Origin: Pseudomonadota bacterium
GTDB taxonomy: Bacteria; Myxococcota; JACRCW01; JAFGSX01
NCBI GenBank assembly: GCA_043821645.1
Contig: JBDRCO010000046.1
Span: 32,001 to 96,000, forward strand
Direction: 5' to 3'
Length of the DNA: 64,000 bases
Both the position numbers and the translations under genes were made by a program. Of this stretch, positions 59,478 to 64,000 are shown piece after piece. The stretch's first letter is position 1. Each line of letters opens with the position of its first letter. Under the pieces are notes generated by a model. It was given only the letters and a program-made list of their open reading frames with translations, was not told the DNA's origin and did not search any database.

Positions 59478-62400
59478 GGTGCACCTCCGACGGTCTGAGG
59501 GGACCTGACCAGCTCGAGGCGCTGCTGCATGGCCGCGTCGGCACGAAGGCAGGCTTCCCGAAATCCCTGGTAGTCGGCGACGGGAACGCGACGCGAAGGC
59601 AGCTCGGTGACCTCGTCGACGAGCACGCCCTCGGCCGTGGCCTCGATGCGCTGCTCGAACACGAGATGCGGGGTGGTGATGCGCACGGGCTGGGGGAGTG
59701 CGCGACCCCGCACGCCCGGGGGGAGGGTGTAGTGCATCACATTGCGCGTGCGCCAGGGGTGGTCGAGGACGAGGTCAGTGCGGCGCTGCGGGCTGGACGC
59801 ATAGGCCGAGGCCAGGCCGTGGGGATACAGCGATATCGGAAGTCGCCAGCCGCCATCGACGGGCTGGGCGCGCGCGGGCAAGCTGGCCTCGAAGCGATAC
59901 CAGACCTCGGCATTGAGATCGTCAAGATCCGAGAACTCGACCGCGTGCACCACGGCTCCGGCAAAGCCCTCGCTGACCTCTCGCTCGAGGTGTTCCTGGC
60001 GCGTGGCCGGGTCCTCGAACTGCCGGCGCAGGCGGGCGGCGCGGGCACCCCAGAATCGTTCCGTGCCGCTCAGGCGTGCCGTGCCCTTGTCATCGAGGGC
60101 GATGCGGTACTCGGAGGTGTTGAGGTTGCGCGCCGCGGGCTGCAGCGGGATGTGCACGAGTTCGCCGCTACCGTCGCGACCCACGCGCAGGGCCATCGCC
60201 CCCTGGTCGACGGTCGGCAGCTCATCGAGGCCGGAGAATTCCGCCGTGCCGTCGAGGTACAGGTCCAGGGCCGGCACGTAGGCGATGGCGTGATTGAAGG
60301 CCCACATGGACGCGGGCTCGCGGGCCAGCTCGCCCAGGTTGACCGTGCGCAGGAGCACCAGCCTGGCCTCGACGCCGACCTCACCCAGCATGGCCACCAG
60401 CAGCGTCGCCTTGTCCTTGCAGTCGCCGTAGCCGCGGCGATGCACCACCGAGGCGCGGTAGGGCTTCCAGCCATGGATGCCGAGCTCGATGCCCACATAG
60501 CGCGTCTTCTTGACCACGTGGTCGTGGATACGCCGCACGCGCTCTCGCGTGTCGTCGAGCGCGACTCCATCGACCAGGTGCTGCGCCAGGGCCCGGGTAC
60601 TGTCGTCAAGCTGGTACTGATCCTCGATGAGCTGGGCATACCAGTGCAGCATCTCCTCCCAGCTCTGGTAGGTGCTCACCGAGAACCAGGGAACGGTCTC
60701 GAGCCAGGGCGGCATCAGCGGCTCGATGGGATGGCCGGGCAGATTGTCGACGGTGAAGTGGTGCGCGATCCACGGTCCTCCGTCGTCCTCGACCTCGTGC
60801 CGGAGACCCTGCACGTGGACGTACAGCGGGCGCGATCTCGGGGCCAGGACCGTGTGACTGTAGTGAAGCACGGGCCACTGGCGCTGCGCCGTGAGGATCT
60901 GCCCGAAGAAATCGCCGAACAGGTTGACCTCGCCCACGGCCTCGACACGGCTGCGCACGCGCACGATGTCACCGGTCTGCAGTTCTCCGAACTCCACGAC
61001 CATGGCCGCGCGATCGCTGTAGACGCCTTGGCTGCGGCCACTCGAGCCGCTGTCGCGCACACGGTCTGGCGGCAAGGAGAGGCCCCGGGCATCGATGCGC
61101 TCGGCGAGCTGCACCGAGGCGATCTCGCGCCCCGGGGAGTAGGGCACGCCTTGCTTCCGCAGCACCTCGGCGCGGCCTGCGTCGAGCAAGCGCAGGGAGA
61201 TCTCCTCGTCGGTGCGGTAGAGCCCATTTTCGAACAGACGGGTGACGCTGCGCTGCTGCAGCACCACGGCGCCAAAGGCCCGGGCACTGTCGGGAACCTG
61301 CAGTCGACGCAACGCGGTGACGTCGATCGCGGGAAGCATCGAGGTGTCGGACGCACGCGTCAGGGCCTCCAGACGCCGGCGCAGCTCGGGTTGTTGCGGA
61401 CGGCGCGCCAGGCTGCGTTGCCAGGCACGGGCCGCACCATCGCGGTCACCCGCCAGCAGCCGGGTCTCGCCGAGGGCTTGCGAAAACTCCGCATGATCCG
61501 GGAAACGCTGCGCCATCTCCTCGAGCAGTCGCGTCGCCTCGTCGTGGCGGTCGTTCCAGGCCAGGCGATGGGCCAGTCTCAGGCGCGGACCAGGAGCCTG
61601 GGGATCGCAGGCGATGAAGCGCCGCTGCAGGGCCAGCACGCGCTCGAGATCACCGGCCACCTCGGCCCCGTGGAGCAGGACCCGCAGCGCACCGCTGTCC
61701 GTGGCGTCGTGCTCGAGCATCGCGGTTGCGAGCTCCCGGGCTTCGCGGTGCCGTCCGGCCTCCTCGAGGTCATGCATCCAGCGCCGGGCGACCTCGGGCC
61801 CTCCGGCCACACCAGTGGTGGTCCTGTGGGCGTGGACAAAGCGCTCGATCAGTTCCCGGGCCTCGTCGTCATCGGGATCCCGCTCGCGCAGGGTCTCGAC
61901 GAGGGTCAGCAGCGCCAGCGGATCCCCTGGCTCCAGGGTGTGGGCTTGCCGCAGCGAGGGCAGCGCCTCGTGATACAGCATGCGCCCCTGGCGGTGCTTG
62001 CCCAGGGCCAGGTGGGCAGGACCCAGCTGTGGGTTCACCCGCAGGGCGCGCTCGAAGGCCTCGCGGCCGGCGTTGGGATCGTGCACCGAGAGCGCGTGGC
62101 CGAGCAGAAGCAGCACCCAGGCATCGTCTGGACGCAGCGTGAGGGCCTGACGCAGAACGACGGCCTGGGGCGTCGGGTCCGCCCGCAGGTCGGACGCGTG
62201 GAGTGCGGTCTGGGTCCTGGCCAGATCGACCAGGGCGTCGGCGCGCTGGTTGCCTCGACGTCCCTGGGCGCGAGCCTCCAGGGCCGGGATGAGATCCAGC
62301 ACGGACCGCGCAGTCACTGCATGCCCCTTCATCTGCAGCGGGGTCGCGGGTTCCGGAAGCGCGACCCGCACGTCGGTTGGCACTGCGGAACCATCGAGGG

Positions 62401-63202
62401 CCGTGAGCCGCACCGTCGTCTTGAAGCCCCGGTCCAGGCTCCCGAGCTGCACCAGCACGGGTGTGCGACCCGCGGCCACATGCAGACCCACCGCGTGCTG
62501 CTCGAAGCTCCAGGCGTGGCGCTCGTCGAAGCAGCGCCGGGGCAGGGTGCCGACGTGCAGGCACAGCTGATCGGTGGTGCCCAGGCGCAGGGCCAGGTCG
62601 ACCGCGCGCGGCGCCTCGATCTCGAACAGGAGCAGGGCCGCAACCTCGTCCGCAGGATCGAGCAGGGCACCGAGATCGAGGTAGCCCTCGGTGTCGCCGG
62701 CTTCGACCCGGCGCCAGGACACCGGACCGAGCTTGCCAGCCGCGGGCGCCGACAGGTCCAGCAGGTCCGGGTCGACGGGGAGTCCGGCGAGACCCGAACC
62801 TCCGGTGTTGTCCAGAGGTCCCAGCAGCCAGAACCTGGTGACCAGGCCGGTGTCGGCGAGCAGACGCCGGGCCCGGGCATCGTCGCCGGCGCGTCGGGCC
62901 CTCCGGGCGGCCAGGGCGCGGGCGTGGTCGCGCAGCGCCGGGAAGCTCCGCGGGTCCTCGGCGATGTGGTCGACGAGGGCGTCGAGGGCCGTGGTGTCGA
63001 CCAGGTGGGCGCGGAGCCACAGCAGCCGATGGAGGTCCGCGAAGCCATCGAGGGTGCGCGAATGCGCGCGGAGGGCTGCCAGGGCAGAGGTCCACTCGCG
63101 CTCGAGAGAGGTCGGCGTGGTGCTGGGGTGCGCGCCGACCAGCAGCAGCGCAAGGGCCAGGGTCGCGGCGAGACGGCCGGGTACGCGGTGGCGGGGCGTC
63201 AT
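59474..63202 (-). CDS. TPR + DUF3857 + transglutaminase-like protein
   Basis: Signal peptide; RYVGIELGIHGWKPY, GYGDCKDKATLL, FNHAIAY, YLDGT. Confidence 0.88.
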   Translation of the reverse strand: MTPRHRVPGRLAATLALALLLVGAHPSTTPTSLEREWTSALAALRAHSRTLDGFADLHRLLWLRAHLVDTTALDALVDHIAEDPRSFPALRDHARALAARRARRAGDDARARRLLADTGLVTRFWLLGPLDNTGGSGLAGLPVDPDLLDLSAPAAGKLGPVSWRRVEAGDTEGYLDLGALLDPADEVAALLLFEIEAPRAVDLALRLGTTDQLCLHVGTLPRRCFDERHAWSFEQHAVGLHVAAGRTPVLVQLGSLDRGFKTTVRLTALDGSAVPTDVRVALPEPATPLQMKGHAVTARSVLDLIPALEARAQGRRGNQRADALVDLARTQTALHASDLRADPTPQAVVLRQALTLRPDDAWVLLLLGHALSVHDPNAGREAFERALRVNPQLGPAHLALGKHRQGRMLYHEALPSLRQAHTLEPGDPLALLTLVETLRERDPDDDEARELIERFVHAHRTTTGVAGGPEVARRWMHDLEEAGRHREARELATAMLEHDATDSGALRVLLHGAEVAGDLERVLALQRRFIACDPQAPGPRLRLAHRLAWNDRHDEATRLLEEMAQRFPDHAEFSQALGETRLLAGDRDGAARAWQRSLARRPQQPELRRRLEALTRASDTSMLPAIDVTALRRLQVPDSARAFGAVVLQQRSVTRLFENGLYRTDEEISLRLLDAGRAEVLRKQGVPYSPGREIASVQLAERIDARGLSLPPDRVRDSGSSGRSQGVYSDRAAMVVEFGELQTGDIVRVRSRVEAVGEVNLFGDFFGQILTAQRQWPVLHYSHTVLAPRSRPLYVHVQGLRHEVEDDGGPWIAHHFTVDNLPGHPIEPLMPPWLETVPWFSVSTYQSWEEMLHWYAQLIEDQYQLDDSTRALAQHLVDGVALDDTRERVRRIHDHVVKKTRYVGIELGIHGWKPYRASVVHRRGYGDCKDKATLLVAMLGEVGVEARLVLLRTVNLGELAREPASMWAFNHAIAYVPALDLYLDGTAEFSGLDELPTVDQGAMALRVGRDGSGELVHIPLQPAARNLNTSEYRIALDDKGTARLSGTERFWGARAARLRRQFEDPATRQEHLEREVSEGFAGAVVHAVEFSDLDDLNAEVWYRFEASLPARAQPVDGGWRLPISLYPHGLASAYASSPQRRTDLVLDHPWRTRNVMHYTLPPGVRGRALPQPVRITTPHLVFEQRIEATAEGVLVDEVTELPSRRVPVADYQGFREACLRADAAMQQRLELVRSPQTVGGAP

Positions 63203-63999
63203 GGTGCCGACGGCGCAGTCACGGGTGTGGCACGACGCCGCGAACGCGTCAGGGGGCCTTCGAGCACACGCAGGGTCGACCTCATGCGGGGGTTGGCGAG
63301 GAACCCCGCGAGCATCAACTCCGGCCTGATGAGCGGATCGAAGCGCCGGATCTCCGCCGGGCGGTGGGTCAGCACGAGCTTCTCGATACGGGCCGCGAGC
63401 CGGGTCGTGGCGACGAGGAGCGAACGCCGGGGTCCTATCTGTAACTGGATCTTTTCCTCGGGCAGGAAGCTCAGCGGGTCCACCGCGAGCAGATCGCGCT
63501 CGATGGCGTCGAAGTAGGGTGGTGGCGCGCCGAAGCGGCGAATCTCGCTGGTGTCGAGCACCGAGCTATCGTGACTCCTCGACGAGGAGAATGCGGCGCG
63601 TGTGTGCTCGACCAGTTCCCGGCACATGGCCTGCACTGTCGCCGTCTGATCGACCTCGATCAGATCCTCGACCACCTGGCCAGCCAGGTTCTGTTCGAGC
63701 GGCGCGCCGAGCATGGCCAGTACGCTGGGTCCGAGCTGCAGCAGATCGACCTGCACCTCGCTGGGCGGCGTGCCCAGTCCTCGGATCCACATCGCGGCAC
63801 TCCCGCCCAGACCTGCCGGGTGACCGTCGTCGTCGAAGGTGATGCCATCCTCGGCCACGATGGCTAGGGCAGAACCTGGTTCCAGCTCGAGGAGACCGGC
63901 AACGCGCTTCACTGCGGAGCGCCAGGGCCCGGCCTGGGTGGCCCACAGATCCGCGGCATGGAACCGATCACCGCTCAGGGCGTCGCCATCCTTCTGCAG
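63199..63999 (-). CDS. Hypothetical protein (5'-partial)
   Basis: Frame of ORF 63199..63912 stays open to the window end; stop overlaps next ATG. Confidence 0.6.
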   Translation of the reverse strand: MQKDGDALSGDRFHAADLWATQAGPWRSAVKRVAGLLELEPGSALAIVAEDGITFDDDGHPAGLGGSAAMWIRGLGTPPSEVQVDLLQLGPSVLAMLGAPLEQNLAGQVVEDLIEVDQTATVQAMCRELVEHTRAAFSSSRSHDSSVLDTSEIRRFGAPPPYFDAIERDLLAVDPLSFLPEEKIQLQIGPRRSLLVATTRLAARIEKLVLTHRPAEIRRFDPLIRPELMLAGFLANPRMRSTLRVLEGPLTRSRRRATPVTAPSAP

Positions 64000-64000
64000 G

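Overview
High-GC bacterial chromosomal window. Gene content points to Myxococcota/deltaproteobacteria: a TIGR04551-like outer-membrane protein, an FHA-TPR protein, many Cys-rich lipoproteins and an atypical Hsp70. This is inferred, not confirmed. About 45 CDSs and one tRNA-Ala(GGC) are supported; no CRISPR, IS or prophage was seen. Housekeeping genes include greB, murA, mce, plsY, hemB, ogt and selB. The standout is a complete, translationally coupled gatE-gatD pair (3633-6985). GatDE is the Glu-tRNA(Gln) amidotransferase normally regarded as archaea-specific, yet here it lies in an unambiguously bacterial context with catalytic motifs intact. It converges with a four-gene group 3b (sulfhydrogenase-type) [NiFe]-hydrogenase operon whose large subunit lacks the cleavable C-terminal extension. 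Other notable items: MurA with the Cys-to-Asp fosfomycin-insensitive substitution, a thioester-type alpha-2-macroglobulin, an active/inactive transglutaminase-like pair, tandem ZU5-like/YfaP-like lipoprotein paralogs, and a structured AT-rich regulatory island driving a 58-aa ORF. All assignments come from motif recognition by eye; no searches were run.
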